Assembly (NCBI GenBank): GCA_964458305.1
Contig: CAYWIH010000005.1
Coordinates: 1,591 to 65,590 of the forward strand
DNA length: 64,000 bases
Direction: 5' to 3'
Origin: an uncultured bacterium
GTDB lineage: Bacteria > Cyanobacteriota > Cyanobacteriia > Cyanobacteriales > JASJDA01
The first letter of the stretch is position 1. Each line of letters starts with the position of its first letter. The translations under genes and the position numbers were made by a program. The notes beneath the pieces were generated by a model. It saw only the letters and a list, made by a program, of their open reading frames with translations. It did not search any database and was not told the origin of the DNA. This document shows, in pieces, positions 20,952-31,227 of the stretch.

Positions 20952-23900
20952 TTAAAAAACGGTATTATTCGTCCATTTTGTAATGGTGGTTTCTAGATCT
21001 TCGATAACGATCGGTTTACTGAGATAATCATCCATACCGACATGCAAGCATTTTTCGCGATCGCCTCTCATGGCGTTACCAGTCAAGCCGATGATGATGG
21101 TGTGTTGTTCTGCTCCTTCTGTTTCGCGTAAAATACGAGTAGCTTCGTAACCGTCCATAATTGGCATTTGACAGTCCATTAAAATAATATCGTAATCTTG
21201 TTCTCTCCATCTTTCGATCGCTTCTTGACCGTTAACAGCTTCATCAAAAGAGTATCCGAAACTTTTCAGGGCGCAAGAAAGGACAAAACGATTGTCGGCA
21301 TAATCTTCGACAATGAGAATTTTAAGAGTGCGATCTTTTGGTTCTAAAGGAGTAGAATTAGCAAAATCGGATGAAGAAATTGCCGAGCGATCTTGATTGT
21401 TGACTGTCTCTAAAGGAATTTTAAACCAGAAAGTAGATCCAGAGCCTAAAGAACTTTCAACGCCTATTTTGCCATTCATTAACTCGACAATGCGGCGACA
21501 AATAGTCAAACCCAGTCCCGTACCTCCATATTTGCGGGTAGTGGAAGCATCTGCTTGAGTAAAGGGTTGAAAGAGACTGTTTTTAATTTCTGGGGAGATG
21601 CCTATTCCAGTATCGGTAACTTTAAAAAGCAGAGTAATTTTATTGGGATTATTTTCATCTCGATCGACATAAGTAACCGAAACATCGATCGATCCGGTTT
21701 CGGTAAACTTAATCCCATTACCGACGAGGTTGCTAATAACTTGTTGGAGTCGAAAGTTATCGCCGTATAGGTTTTTAGGAAGATCTGAATCAATATTAAA
21801 GTTTAATTTTAGATCTTTTTCTGATGCTAAGGGACATAGACAATCAAAGAGATCTTGAAATAGCTTTTCTAAGTTAAATTCTTTAAATTCTAATTCTAAT
21901 TTTCTTTCTTCGAGTTTGGACAGATCGAGAATATCGTTAATCAGACCTAGCAATTTCTCGCCGTTTACTTTGAGAGTTTGTAATAACTTGATTTTCTCTG
22001 GGTCTTGTTCTTGTTGCAGTAATAATTGACTGACACCGAGAACTGAATTCATCGGGGTGCGAATTTCATGACTCATATTAGCTAAAAATTCGCTTTTAGC
22101 TTGGTTGGCAGAATCGGCAGCTCTGGCGGTAGCGATCGCTTTTTCAAGGGCTTGATTGTTGTCTTTTAGTTCCCGTTCGATTTGCTTGCGATCGCTAATA
22201 TCCATAACTATCCCGTAAAGCAAAACCCCTTTTGATTTTTCCCCTTCTGGGCTGCTAATATTGGTGGCACGACCGATCGTGTTGATGTGGCGCAACTGTC
22301 CGTCGGGACGATAAAAGCAAAGGTCTATATTGTAAGAAGTAAAGTCTTCTAGCAATCGATTGGTAGCTGTTTCTAGCTTTTTGCGATCTTCTGCGGGATG
22401 GTATGATAATAATTCAGCTAAAGTTGGCGGTTCGCTTTCTGGGTCGAAGCCGTAGATCTCAAATAATTCTTGCGACCAAACGGGGATAGTGTTGTAAAGA
22501 TCTTTAGCCTTGGTAATTTTTACTTCCCAATTACCCAAACGAGCCAATCTTTGAGCCTCTTTGAGTTTGATCTCGCTTTGTTTGAGTGCTTCTTGGGCTT
22601 GAAGGCGATCGGTAATTTCGACGACTACCGTACCTACTCCGAGACCTTCATTGACAAAATTAACGGGATAGTAGCTAGCTTGCCAAACTCGATCTGTTTC
22701 GGGATCTGCTGCTGTTGTGCCGCGAATTTCGATATTATTAATAGTCTGCTGGGTTTCGAGTACTTGTTTTAAAATCGATTCGATGTACGATCCTAAGTTT
22801 AAGACCTTTTTTTTCCCAGTCTTACTGATATTTTTTCCCTTTACGATTGTAGAAAATACTTCTGTAGGAGTTTTTCCGATATGTTCGGCGATGCTCGTAC
22901 CGTTAATATCTGCTAAAGCTTGGTTGATTCGCAAGTGTTTGAGATTTTTATCGTGCAAACTCAAACCTACGGGACTGTTATTGTACAAATTTTCTAATAA
23001 AATATTGGCTTGAGATAGTTCTTTTTGTACTTTTTTGAGTTCGCCAATGTTAACTAAGGTAATGACGATGCCTTCTTTTGTCCCGTCTTCTTTCAAATAA
23101 TTATTGATTCGCATCAATAATTCTTCGCCGGTTTTGGAGATATTAACTTCTTGCTCGATCGGCTGGGAAGTTTTTTTAACTGTTTCGAGAATTTCAATTA
23201 AATCTAAGTTATTTAAATTGTGAGTCAGTTCGGAAATGGGACGATTAATATCTGCGGGCCTTAGATTAATAGCTGAAGTTGCGGCTGGGGTGAATTTGCG
23301 AATATTTAGCTCGAAATCGAGAAATATGACCCCGATATCGGTGCTGCGGAGTAAATTATCGACATCGTTATTTAGTTGAACTAATTCTTGAATTTTAGAT
23401 TGATATTCTGCATTAACTGTATATAGCTCTTCATTTACCGATTGCAGTTCTTCGTTAGTACTTTGCAATTCTTCGTTAGAAGATAATAATTCTTCGTTGG
23501 TGGCTTGTTGTTCTTCGTTATTTGTTTCTAATTCTTCAATGGTAACTTGCAGATTTTGGCGAGTTTGCCGCAGCTCGTATTCTAGTTCTAAAATTTGCTC
23601 GGTGGCTTGTTTTTCTGCTTCAAAAGGTAAAGCTGTGTTGGATGAAGCGGTAGCTTTTTCTATTTCTAAAACGACAATTAAATATTTCTCACCGTTGCGA
23701 TCGCTCGGATCTAATCCTACTTTGAGATTGACGCTTTTATTTTCTCCATCTTTAATTAGATTAATTCCGGTGTATTGAATTGGTTTTTTATCTCTTTTGG
23801 CGCAGTGTAGGGCGGTAGAAACGGGTAATTTTAGGGCGGGGTTAATAATTTCGGTGATATCTAAATTAGCTTGTCCTACGGGAAATTCTAAGAGATCCGC

Positions 23901-25523
23901 AGCATTGTAAAATATACGCAGGAGTCGGTTGTCTTCGTCGACTAACAAGCAAGTTAGCTCTCTTTGGGGCAGACAATATTTAAAAGCTTCTGCTAAAGAT
24001 CGATCTATCTTATCTTTTCTGGATTTGTTGCGAGCTTTATAATTAAAAGATGGAATAAGAGTCTGTCGCCTCATCGGCATCAAAGAGAAAGAAACGTCTT
24101 TACGCTTGCGAAAGATTTTCCATTTTGGTTCGATCGGGCTAAATTCTTCGGTTAAGTCTGCTAATGTTTCCGAACTACCTAAAAATAAAATTCCTTGTTT
24201 GTCTAGGGCATAGTTTAGCAGTCTTAAAACTTGTTGTTGCAGTTGAGGCTGCATATAAATTAAAACGTTGCGACAGCTAACTAACTGCATTTGGGAAAAG
24301 CCAGCATTTTTTGTTAAGTCGTGGGGAGAAATAATTAACATTTCCCTCAAACTTCGCCTGACTTGATAGCTTTCTCCGGTGTAGATAAAATATTTTTCTA
24401 ACCTTTCTGGGGATATATCGTTAATAATACTTTCTGGATAAACTCCACTGGCTGCTATTTCTAAAGCTTTATCGTCGATGTCGGTAACAAAAATTTTCAC
24501 CTGTAGGGATTTATTTGCTTTTTCTAAGGCTTCATCGATTAAAATTGCCATAGAATAGGCTTCTTCTCCTGTAGCGCAAGCGCAAACCCAGATTCTGAGT
24601 TGTTCTTCTGGGTTTCGATCGGCAATAATTTTAGGTATTATTTCTGCTTCTAAATATTCCCAGGCCGGCCTGTCGCGGAAAAAACAAGTGACTCCGATCA
24701 GCAAATCTTGACGCAGGGATTTTTGCTCTTCTTCTGCATTTTCGAGCAGTTTAATATAATCGTCGATATTTTTATTGCGGGTTAAAACGCAGCGATTGGC
24801 GATCCGCCGCGAGATGGTACTAATTTTATAATGAGAAAAGTCTACTTCTTCTCGTTCTGCTAATATATCTAAAATTTCCTGCAGTTTGTCCGAGGCGATC
24901 GAACCGGCTTCGTTAATTATTGCAGAATTATAGGCTCTAAAAAAGTGAATTAAATCGAATACTGTAGCGGCTAAATCTTCTGGAGAAAGTATTTCATCTA
25001 CTAAACCTGAAGGTATCGCACTGGTTGGCATGCTGGTAAATTGGGCTGTTTCGGGAGATTGAACTAATGCCGTACCTCCTGCTTTGCTAATTGCTTCGAG
25101 TCCTTCTTTTCCGTCGCTTCCCGTACCCGAGAGCAATATTGCTATTTTTCTAATGCTTTCTTGCTCTGCTAAAGATTTCAAAAATCGATCGATCGGATAG
25201 TTTACTTTTGTCCCTCGATCGCTTAATTTTAATTCTCTATTTTTTAAGATTAAATTTTTTCCTGGTGGCAGTAAATAAACTTGACTTGGCTCTAAAATCG
25301 TACCATCTTCGATCGCAACGACTGACATTGCTGTTTCTTTTCGTAAAATTTGGCCCATCATGCTTTTATGATTTGGAGACAGGTGCTGCACCACTACGAA
25401 AGCTGCTTTCGGAGTATCTGGTAAACGGCGAAAAAATTTTTGTAATGCTTGAACTCCCCCCGCAGAAGCTCCAATACCAACTACACACAAACTTTTAAAA
25501 TTATTACCAAGTCGATCGTTCAT
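20952..25523 (-). CDS. CheB-CheR fusion / PAS / hybrid histidine kinase with receiver
   Basis: 1523 aa. It has an N-terminal CheB methylesterase-like region ([14 protein letters not shown]), a CheR SAM-methyltransferase region and a NEEL-repeat coiled coil ([26 protein letters not shown]). PAS domains, HisKA ([10 protein letters not shown]), HATPase (GTGLGLTI) and a C-terminal REC ([12 protein letters not shown]) follow. Confidence 0.85.
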   Translation of the reverse strand: MNDRLGNNFKSLCVVGIGASAGGVQALQKFFRRLPDTPKAAFVVVQHLSPNHKSMMGQILRKETAMSVVAIEDGTILEPSQVYLLPPGKNLILKNRELKLSDRGTKVNYPIDRFLKSLAEQESIRKIAILLSGTGSDGKEGLEAISKAGGTALVQSPETAQFTSMPTSAIPSGLVDEILSPEDLAATVFDLIHFFRAYNSAIINEAGSIASDKLQEILDILAEREEVDFSHYKISTISRRIANRCVLTRNKNIDDYIKLLENAEEEQKSLRQDLLIGVTCFFRDRPAWEYLEAEIIPKIIADRNPEEQLRIWVCACATGEEAYSMAILIDEALEKANKSLQVKIFVTDIDDKALEIAASGVYPESIINDISPERLEKYFIYTGESYQVRRSLREMLIISPHDLTKNAGFSQMQLVSCRNVLIYMQPQLQQQVLRLLNYALDKQGILFLGSSETLADLTEEFSPIEPKWKIFRKRKDVSFSLMPMRRQTLIPSFNYKARNKSRKDKIDRSLAEAFKYCLPQRELTCLLVDEDNRLLRIFYNAADLLEFPVGQANLDITEIINPALKLPVSTALHCAKRDKKPIQYTGINLIKDGENKSVNLKVGLDPSDRNGEKYLIVVLEIEKATASSNTALPFEAEKQATEQILELEYELRQTRQNLQVTIEELETNNEEQQATNEELLSSNEELQSTNEELQSVNEELYTVNAEYQSKIQELVQLNNDVDNLLRSTDIGVIFLDFELNIRKFTPAATSAINLRPADINRPISELTHNLNNLDLIEILETVKKTSQPIEQEVNISKTGEELLMRINNYLKEDGTKEGIVITLVNIGELKKVQKELSQANILLENLYNNSPVGLSLHDKNLKHLRINQALADINGTSIAEHIGKTPTEVFSTIVKGKNISKTGKKKVLNLGSYIESILKQVLETQQTINNIEIRGTTAADPETDRVWQASYYPVNFVNEGLGVGTVVVEITDRLQAQEALKQSEIKLKEAQRLARLGNWEVKITKAKDLYNTIPVWSQELFEIYGFDPESEPPTLAELLSYHPAEDRKKLETATNRLLEDFTSYNIDLCFYRPDGQLRHINTIGRATNISSPEGEKSKGVLLYGIVMDISDRKQIERELKDNNQALEKAIATARAADSANQAKSEFLANMSHEIRTPMNSVLGVSQLLLQQEQDPEKIKLLQTLKVNGEKLLGLINDILDLSKLEERKLELEFKEFNLEKLFQDLFDCLCPLASEKDLKLNFNIDSDLPKNLYGDNFRLQQVISNLVGNGIKFTETGSIDVSVTYVDRDENNPNKITLLFKVTDTGIGISPEIKNSLFQPFTQADASTTRKYGGTGLGLTICRRIVELMNGKIGVESSLGSGSTFWFKIPLETVNNQDRSAISSSDFANSTPLEPKDRTLKILIVEDYADNRFVLSCALKSFGYSFDEAVNGQEAIERWREQDYDIILMDCQMPIMDGYEATRILRETEGAEQHTIIIGLTGNAMRGDREKCLHVGMDDYLSKPIVIEDLETTITKWTNNTVF

Positions 25524-25981
25524 CTTATTAAAATATAATTTTATTTTTTATTATCTTTTATTTTTATTTCCCGACTAGGATACAAATTAATTGACGTTTG
25601 TATTTTTTTTATCCGTCTTAAGTAAGATATATTTTTAATTACTAGTTTTAGGAAATATTCTCATCGCTCTGGCAGCGAATTTTTTTATTTAAAATTGTTC
25701 GATTCAGGTGCAAAATCTGCTTTTTTTAAAATTACTAATTTCTTTGATAATTTTATTTTATCAAATTAAATGAAAAAATGCTGAAATCATATCATTATTT
25801 ACAAAGCGATCGCAGACTTAATCAAGCAAGTCAAAAATCAAAATTTCTAGGGTTTTTAGTAATTTTTTAAAATTAAATAAAATTGCTATTTATTTTGTTT
25901 TTTTTGAAATTTGTTATAATCAACAGGATTTGGTATCAATTAATTTTAACAACATTCATTTAATAGTAAGACAAATTAAAC

Positions 25982-26015
25982 CAAAAAATCTTAACAATTG
26001 CGAAGATGTTAAGAT
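25982..26015 (-). terminator. Rho-independent terminator ending the minus-strand nif operon (after the arsC-like gene)
   Basis: The 9-bp stem atcttaaca/tgttaagat has a 10-nt loop. On the minus strand it is followed by tttttt. Confidence 0.6.
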
Positions 26016-26061
26016 TGCGATCGATAATAATTAATTAAGAAAGGTGAGCTAAGAATAATTT

Positions 26062-26496
26062 CTATTCCCCAACTGGCACTTCTTTACAAGGATTATGGCT
26101 GTGACTGTTAGGACAAGTTTCAACATCGCGCTCGGTATTTTCTAAATTCAAACCGATCCAGCGATCGACTGTTTTGAGATCGAAACCTACTTTATAAACC
26201 CCATTAAATTCTAATAAAGGACGGCGAATTAATAAAGGTTCTGCTAACATTAAATTTAATGCTTCTGTTTCATTTAAATTGGCAATTTCTAACTCTCCAT
26301 GTTTTATTTTAGGTGCAGATTTATTAAACCATTCTTTAACGGGTAAATCCCCAAAAAAAGGACGCAAACTTGTAGCAGTCCAAGGTTGAATTAATAAATT
26401 GCGGGCTTCAATTTCGTGACCGGCTGCTGTTAAGATAGCTTTTTGTTTTTTATTACCACCGCAACCAGGTTTTTCGTAAAAAACCACTTTGACCAT
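26062..26496 (-). CDS. ArsC/Spx-fold nitrogenase-associated protein
   Basis: MVKVVFYEKPGCGGNKKQKAILTAAGHEIEARNLL is the thioredoxin-fold N-terminus of the ArsC-related nitrogenase-associated family. The track ORF extends to a GTG at 26559, but the ATG at 26496 fits the family N-terminus better. Confidence 0.7.
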   Translation of the reverse strand: MVKVVFYEKPGCGGNKKQKAILTAAGHEIEARNLLIQPWTATSLRPFFGDLPVKEWFNKSAPKIKHGELEIANLNETEALNLMLAEPLLIRRPLLEFNGVYKVGFDLKTVDRWIGLNLENTERDVETCPNSHSHNPCKEVPVGE

Positions 26497-26600
26497 TGTT
26501 TTTATTTTGCTCCAAAATCGATTATTAAAAGGTGGACAGAGCCACCTCGATCGAACCACTTTTAAAATGTTAAAAGCGATCCAAAAATATATAATTAAAT

Positions 26601-27227
26601 TTAAACAGATAGAATTTCTTTGTGGCGAATTTCTAAAACTTCGGGATGTTCGTCACAAAATAGTTGAAAAGCGGTTTTTTCTGGAGATGCTACCCCTTCT
26701 TGATATGCTGCTTCGGCTTCTAGATCGTCAACTAAAGACCAAGCCTCCAAACATTCTGCGGAAGTCGCGCCTTTATTTGCTGCAATTTCTTGAGCTTCTG
26801 CGATCGCTTTTTCTAATTCTCTTTGTAATAAAGGAAGTTTGGGATTTTCTAAGAAATCACCTTTATAAAGAATGTCGCTTTCGGAGACAATACCTATGAC
26901 CTCTTCTCTAATAACAGGAGCGATTCTAATCCCACTTTCGGCGAACAAACGAGCTATATATTCTACTCCCAAATCTGGATTGACCACAATACAGGGTTTT
27001 TTCATAATTTCGTGTACCCTGATTTTATCGAGGTCTTTTCCGTAAGCAACTACTTTATTGACTACATCGGTGTGAGTAATTATCCCGTAAGCATCTCCGG
27101 GATTGCGAATATTGACGACTAAAGCGCGTAGTTGTTTCAATTTCATCAGCTTAACAGCTTCAGCAACAGTCGCCGAACCCTTAATTAGGGCTACATCTTG
27201 GGTCATAATGTCAGACGCTTTTAACAC
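26601..27227 (-). CDS. CBS-pair domain protein fused to a C-terminal CP12-like domain (CBS-CP12)
   Basis: 208 aa, with a GTG start preceded by GGGAGGA. An N-terminal CBS pair is present. The C-terminal segment ATSAECLEAWSLVDDLEAEAAYQ...FCDEHPEVLEIR resembles the CP12 core (AWD.VEEL.AEA) and its C-terminal loop, with the second Cys missing. Confidence 0.75.
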   Translation of the reverse strand: MLKASDIMTQDVALIKGSATVAEAVKLMKLKQLRALVVNIRNPGDAYGIITHTDVVNKVVAYGKDLDKIRVHEIMKKPCIVVNPDLGVEYIARLFAESGIRIAPVIREEVIGIVSESDILYKGDFLENPKLPLLQRELEKAIAEAQEIAANKGATSAECLEAWSLVDDLEAEAAYQEGVASPEKTAFQLFCDEHPEVLEIRHKEILSV

Positions 27228-27385
27228 GACATTCCTCCCTACATATCTAGAGTAATAGTTAATAATATTTGTTATTAATTATTGTTATCATTTTCATAAA
27301 CAAAAACTAATAACTAATAACAAACATATTTATATAACTAAACCCTTTTTTTGCTGCTGCTTTATTCTCTAAGCATCCTTTAAGA

Positions 27386-27586
27386 TTATAAGCGTTTTGC
27401 GTTTAAAGTTTGGGGTAATTTAGTATCGTCATTGAGATCGTTAAAAGCTAATTGCCAACCGTTAGCTAATGTTAAGATTTTGCCTTCTTCTGAGGTAGTT
27501 TGTTCGACCACTTCTTCTTCTAAATCTTTTTTGGGAACGTAAACAGACAGATGTCCGGCTGAATTGCGACGTAACATAACTTTCAT
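27386..27586 (-). CDS. nifT: NifT/FixU
   Basis: 66 aa. MKVMLRRNSAGHLSVYVPKKDLEEEVV matches the NifT consensus. Confidence 0.85.
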   Translation of the reverse strand: MKVMLRRNSAGHLSVYVPKKDLEEEVVEQTTSEEGKILTLANGWQLAFNDLNDDTKLPQTLNAKRL

Positions 27587-27589
27587 AAA

Positions 27590-27853
27590 TTATTCCTCAA
27601 CTAGTTCTAGTTCTTTTTTGCGACAGCCTACAACTACACCTTTCTCAATAAAATGAACTGCATAGATGTAATAGGTTTGCAGATAAGTGCCGATATCAAC
27701 TACATAGCCGACATCTCCTTTTTTGGCTAAATGTGCCCCAACTTCTTTGCCTGGAAAAGTTCCGTCGTTACGAATTAGCTTCTTTAAGCGGACTTTTTGC
27801 TCGATATTGAAAGTCGGAGGGCCATTTAATTCTATTTCATCATCCCATCCCAT
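27590..27853 (-). CDS. nifZ: NifZ
   Basis: 87 aa. KVRLKKLIRNDGTFPGKEVGAHLAKKGDVGYVVDIGTYLQTYYIYAVHF is the NifZ signature. It overlaps nifV by 14 nt. Confidence 0.85.
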   Translation of the reverse strand: MGWDDEIELNGPPTFNIEQKVRLKKLIRNDGTFPGKEVGAHLAKKGDVGYVVDIGTYLQTYYIYAVHFIEKGVVVGCRKKELELVEE

Positions 27854-28976
27854 GAACTATTCTCCTTTGAGATACTAAATTTAATAATTCTTCTGAAGTT
27901 AAATTGCGTTTGACTTCTGCAGAAAGTTGACGCACCGAGTCCAAAACCGATTGACTTTCTTCTCGACTCAGATCGACTCCATGCTGTTTGAGAAGGTTAG
28001 TAAGTAAATGTCTTCCAGAATGTTTACCTACTACCAAAGTCCTTTCCCTACCGACTTCTTTGGGGTCGAAAGGTTCGTAAGTGCTAGGATCTTGTAAGAT
28101 ACCGTGAGCGTGAATGCCAGATTCGTGAGCGAAAGCATTATCACCGACGATCGCTTTCCAGGGAGGTACGTGACAACCAGAAGCAACAGCAACGTATTCT
28201 GAGAGTTCTCGCAGTCTTTGGGTGTTAATACCCAAATCTATTTGATGTATGCGTTTGAGAGCCATTATTATTTCTTCTGTTGCTGCGTTACCCGCTCTTT
28301 CTCCCAAACCGTTGACGGTTGTATTTACCGATGTCGCTCCGGCCATAATACCAGCTAGAGCATTAGCTGTTGCCAAACCAAAATCGTTGTGGGTGTGCAT
28401 TTCGATCGCGATCGGCACGTTTTTGACTAATTTGCTGACTTTTGCTGCGGTAGCATTGGGATCTAAAATGCCGACTGTATCGCAAAAACGAAATCGCTGT
28501 GCCCCCCATTCTCTAGCCAAACCCGCTACTTCTAATAAAAAGTTTTCTTCGGCTCGAGATGAGTCTTCTGCTCCTACGGTAACGAACAAACCTCGATCGA
28601 GTGCGTAATTAACTGTATTTTTGAGGCGATCGAGAACTATTTGATAGTTTCCTTTAAATTTGGCATCGATCTGAATTTTTGAAATGGGTATGGAGATATG
28701 CACTCTTTTTAAACCGCAAGCGATCGAGGCGTCGATGTCGGATTTTACCGCACGATTCCAACCGAGAAGTTCTGCTTGCAAACCTAATTTATTGATGGTT
28801 GAAATTGCTTCTGCTTCAAAGCTTCCCATTGCTGGAATGCCTACTTCTAATTCTTGAATGCCGATTTCGTCCATCAAAATAGCGATCGCTACTTTTTCTT
28901 CTAATGTAAAAGCTACCCCTGCTGCTTGTTCGCCGTCTCGCAAGGTAGTATCGTTAATTTTAATTCGATCTTTCAT
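27840..28976 (-). CDS. nifV: Homocitrate synthase
   Basis: 378 aa with INDTTLRDGEQAAGVAF and HTHNDFGLATAN motifs (HMGL-like family), in nif context. Confidence 0.9.
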   Translation of the reverse strand: MKDRIKINDTTLRDGEQAAGVAFTLEEKVAIAILMDEIGIQELEVGIPAMGSFEAEAISTINKLGLQAELLGWNRAVKSDIDASIACGLKRVHISIPISKIQIDAKFKGNYQIVLDRLKNTVNYALDRGLFVTVGAEDSSRAEENFLLEVAGLAREWGAQRFRFCDTVGILDPNATAAKVSKLVKNVPIAIEMHTHNDFGLATANALAGIMAGATSVNTTVNGLGERAGNAATEEIIMALKRIHQIDLGINTQRLRELSEYVAVASGCHVPPWKAIVGDNAFAHESGIHAHGILQDPSTYEPFDPKEVGRERTLVVGKHSGRHLLTNLLKQHGVDLSREESQSVLDSVRQLSAEVKRNLTSEELLNLVSQRRIVHGMG

Positions 28977-29009
28977 TGGAATTGAGCTTTTATAATAGTT
29001 TTTTTTTTA

Positions 29010-29243
29010 CTAGATTTTGAATTCTATTCGCTCGTCGAACCAATCAAAAATTCTTTGGAGTTGTTCTTTAGAAACCAAACCGTACTGCCACAGTAACATC
29101 GGGATCGGATCGTTTAAGTTTTGTCTTTTTTGAAGTACTATGGCAATTTCGGAATTTGAAATTGCTAGCTCCTCTTGCAAAAATTTAATTAATTCTGTAG
29201 GTCTACAATCTAATTCCATTATTTCACCATATATCTTTAGCAT
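29010..29243 (-). CDS. Small conserved cyanobacterial protein (DUF2949-like)
   Basis: 77 aa. LIKFLQEELAISNSEIAIVL...PIPMLLWQYGLVSKEQLQRIFDW resembles DUF2949. An alternative ATG lies at 29219. Confidence 0.5.
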   Translation of the reverse strand: MLKIYGEIMELDCRPTELIKFLQEELAISNSEIAIVLQKRQNLNDPIPMLLWQYGLVSKEQLQRIFDWFDERIEFKI

Positions 29244-29572
29244 TCAAAATTTAGACAAATCGAACTCCTTTTTTGTAATTTAAGTCACTTGAAAATAAAT
29301 TTCTGTTTATTTGATACAATTTACTTTTTTTTCCTATTTAATTATTTTTCTTAATTTTTTTTACCGATATATTGGGAAATTTTACGAAATTAGACTTTTT
29401 TTTTAAGATGTGTGTTCCCTCAGACAGATTTAATTTAATAAAACTTTATTCTATTAAATTTCTTAAATTAAACCGATTTTCGAGCGAACCTTTAAGATCG
29501 ATTCGCAAACAATCGGCTGCAGTTTAAGAACTCAAAAGCGATCGAGTCTAACTATATTCAATAAAAAAAGGA

Positions 29573-30271
29573 TTATAAATGGGGTAATTTTTTTTCTAAT
29601 ACTTCGATTCGCCGAATCAATTGCTCGATTAAATTATCTTTGAGATCTCGATTTAAAAGATTGAGAGAATTATCTTGAGATCTGACAATACGACCCGGAA
29701 TACCAACAACGGTACAATCGGGCGGCACGTCCGTCAATACTACCGAACTCGCACCGATCCGAACTCGATCGCCGATGTAAATATTTCCTAAGATCTTCGC
29801 TCCCGCACCAACAGTAACATTTTGACCTAAAGTAGGATGGCGTTTGCAGTCTCGATCGCCAGTTCCTCCTAAAGTCACATCTTGATAAATCGAGCAATAA
29901 TCGCCGACAATAGCCGTTTCTCCGATCGCCACTCCCATACCGTGGTCGATGAATACTCCTTTACCGATCTTAGCTCCGGGATGAATTTCAATTCCGGTAA
30001 TTAATCTGCCTAAATGAGAGATTAAACGGGGTAGGAGAGGAATTTTTAAGTACCAGAGCTGATGGGCTATTCTATGTAAAATTAAAGCTTGCAAGCCAGG
30101 ATAACAAAATAATACCTCTAGCCAGTTGCGAGCGGCGGGATCTCGCTCGAAAATAATTTGCCAATCTATTTTTAATAACTCCCACCAGTGAAGGTTTGAA
30201 GTGGAATCTTGATATATTGAAATGTTTAATTTTTTTTGAGAATCGTTTTTAGTTGCGATCGGCTCTAACAT
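29573..30271 (-). CDS. cysE: Serine O-acetyltransferase (nif-associated CysE = NifP)
   Basis: It has hexapeptide-repeat acyltransferase motifs ([28 protein letters not shown]..). The track ORF starts at a TTG (30274), and ATG is the next codon (30271). Confidence 0.85.
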   Translation of the reverse strand: MLEPIATKNDSQKKLNISIYQDSTSNLHWWELLKIDWQIIFERDPAARNWLEVLFCYPGLQALILHRIAHQLWYLKIPLLPRLISHLGRLITGIEIHPGAKIGKGVFIDHGMGVAIGETAIVGDYCSIYQDVTLGGTGDRDCKRHPTLGQNVTVGAGAKILGNIYIGDRVRIGASSVVLTDVPPDCTVVGIPGRIVRSQDNSLNLLNRDLKDNLIEQLIRRIEVLEKKLPHL

Positions 30272-30444
30272 CAAATTCTACGCTTGAAAGTTGATAAAGT
30301 TTATTTTTTAATGCTTATAGCAACTGAAGGGGTTGAAGTTAGTATAGTCAATCGCTATTAAACTAATTATTATTATTATTCGGTACTCAAAAAAAGCTAA
30401 TCCCAGCTATAGCAATGGTTAAAACCTCGTTTTAAAAAAAATTT

Positions 30445-30467
30445 GGGTAGGGGTACGAGTATTTTTT
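30445..30467. repeat. Inverted copy of the 22-bp element (GGGTAGGGGTACGAGTATTTTTT)
   Basis: It is the reverse complement of the unit at 30897-30940 with one mismatch. Confidence 0.85.
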
Positions 30468-30896
30468 GAATGGGGTTCGATTATTTTGGGAGCGAGGGAT
30501 TGATATTTTTGTACTCGATTTCAAGCCAAATATATCCAAAGGATCGCCCCAATCGATCCCCTGTCGGGCTTAACTAAAATTTGTACTCACAATAATCTCA
30601 AATCTTAAACGGTTCTATCCCTTATCAAATCTACCTTTAGACTATTTTAGTACTCGAGATAAAAGCTTAAGATACGTAGGAATAGCAAATACCACCCCGA
30701 AAAAATGTTAAATTAGCTACAGAATTTGAATTCCGTGATAGCACTGGGGAAGTTGGAGTTTTTCCCCCAGGCTTTTATCTAGCCCAACCAACCTGAATAC
30801 AAAACTAAATGCGATCGAAAAACAGAACGAAGATTGCTATAAGCCCGATCTAGTAACGATTAGAGCTTGAGTACTGTAATACCAGCCCCCCAAAAG

Positions 30897-30940
30897 AAAA
30901 ATACTAGTACCCCTACCCAAAAATACTAGTACCCCTACCC
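30897..30940. repeat. Perfect tandem duplication of the 22-bp unit AAAAATACTAGTACCCCTACCC
   Basis: Read directly. The units are 30897-30918 and 30919-30940, and the core TACTAGTA is palindromic. Confidence 0.9.
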
Positions 30941-31227
30941 CAAGAAAAAAATCAGACCCTCATCAGTTGGGAGTTAGGAGTATTGAGTACTAGATTAATT
31001 AACTCTAATAAATCTAAACTGAGTACAAAAAAAAACGAGTTAAATTCGGCAATGGTATAAAGAATACAACGTATCTAAGCCGCAGAACAAAAGTAAAGCG
31101 ATTTATTTCTTAATACTCGGAAAAATTTAGGTCAGGGAAGAATAGTTTTTGTTATGTTTCACTTCACGCTTTAACTTTAGATCGCTGGTAAATATCGTTC
31201 AATTATATTAATATTTCACGGAATTCA

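Larger units (their letters stand above)
30275..31227. promoter_or_regulatory. Divergent nifP / nifB control region
   Basis: This is a roughly 950-bp non-coding spacer between divergent nif operons. It is packed with oriented GAGTAC boxes and a 22-bp repeat family (see findings). Confidence 0.6.

Noticed and set aside
26489-26899. 136-aa + strand ORF overlapping the arsC-like and CBS-CP12 genes.
   Set aside because: It lies antisense to two motif-supported genes and crosses their intergenic gap. Its composition is Leu/Lys/Arg-rich and typical of an antisense reading of AT-rich coding DNA.
30445-30500. tRNA-like T-arm string ggggttcgatt (around 30472) in the nifP-nifB spacer.
   Set aside because: I could not build an acceptor stem, anticodon arm or D-arm around it by eye. 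It abuts the 22-bp inverted repeat copy, so a chance resemblance is most likely.
30275-31227. Canonical NtcA box GTA-N8-TAC in the nifP-nifB spacer.
   Set aside because: Scanning by eye found only off-spacing variants, for example GTA-N7-TAC near 31056 and GTA-N4-TAC within the 22-bp element. No canonical site was found. A computational scan would be needed to be sure.
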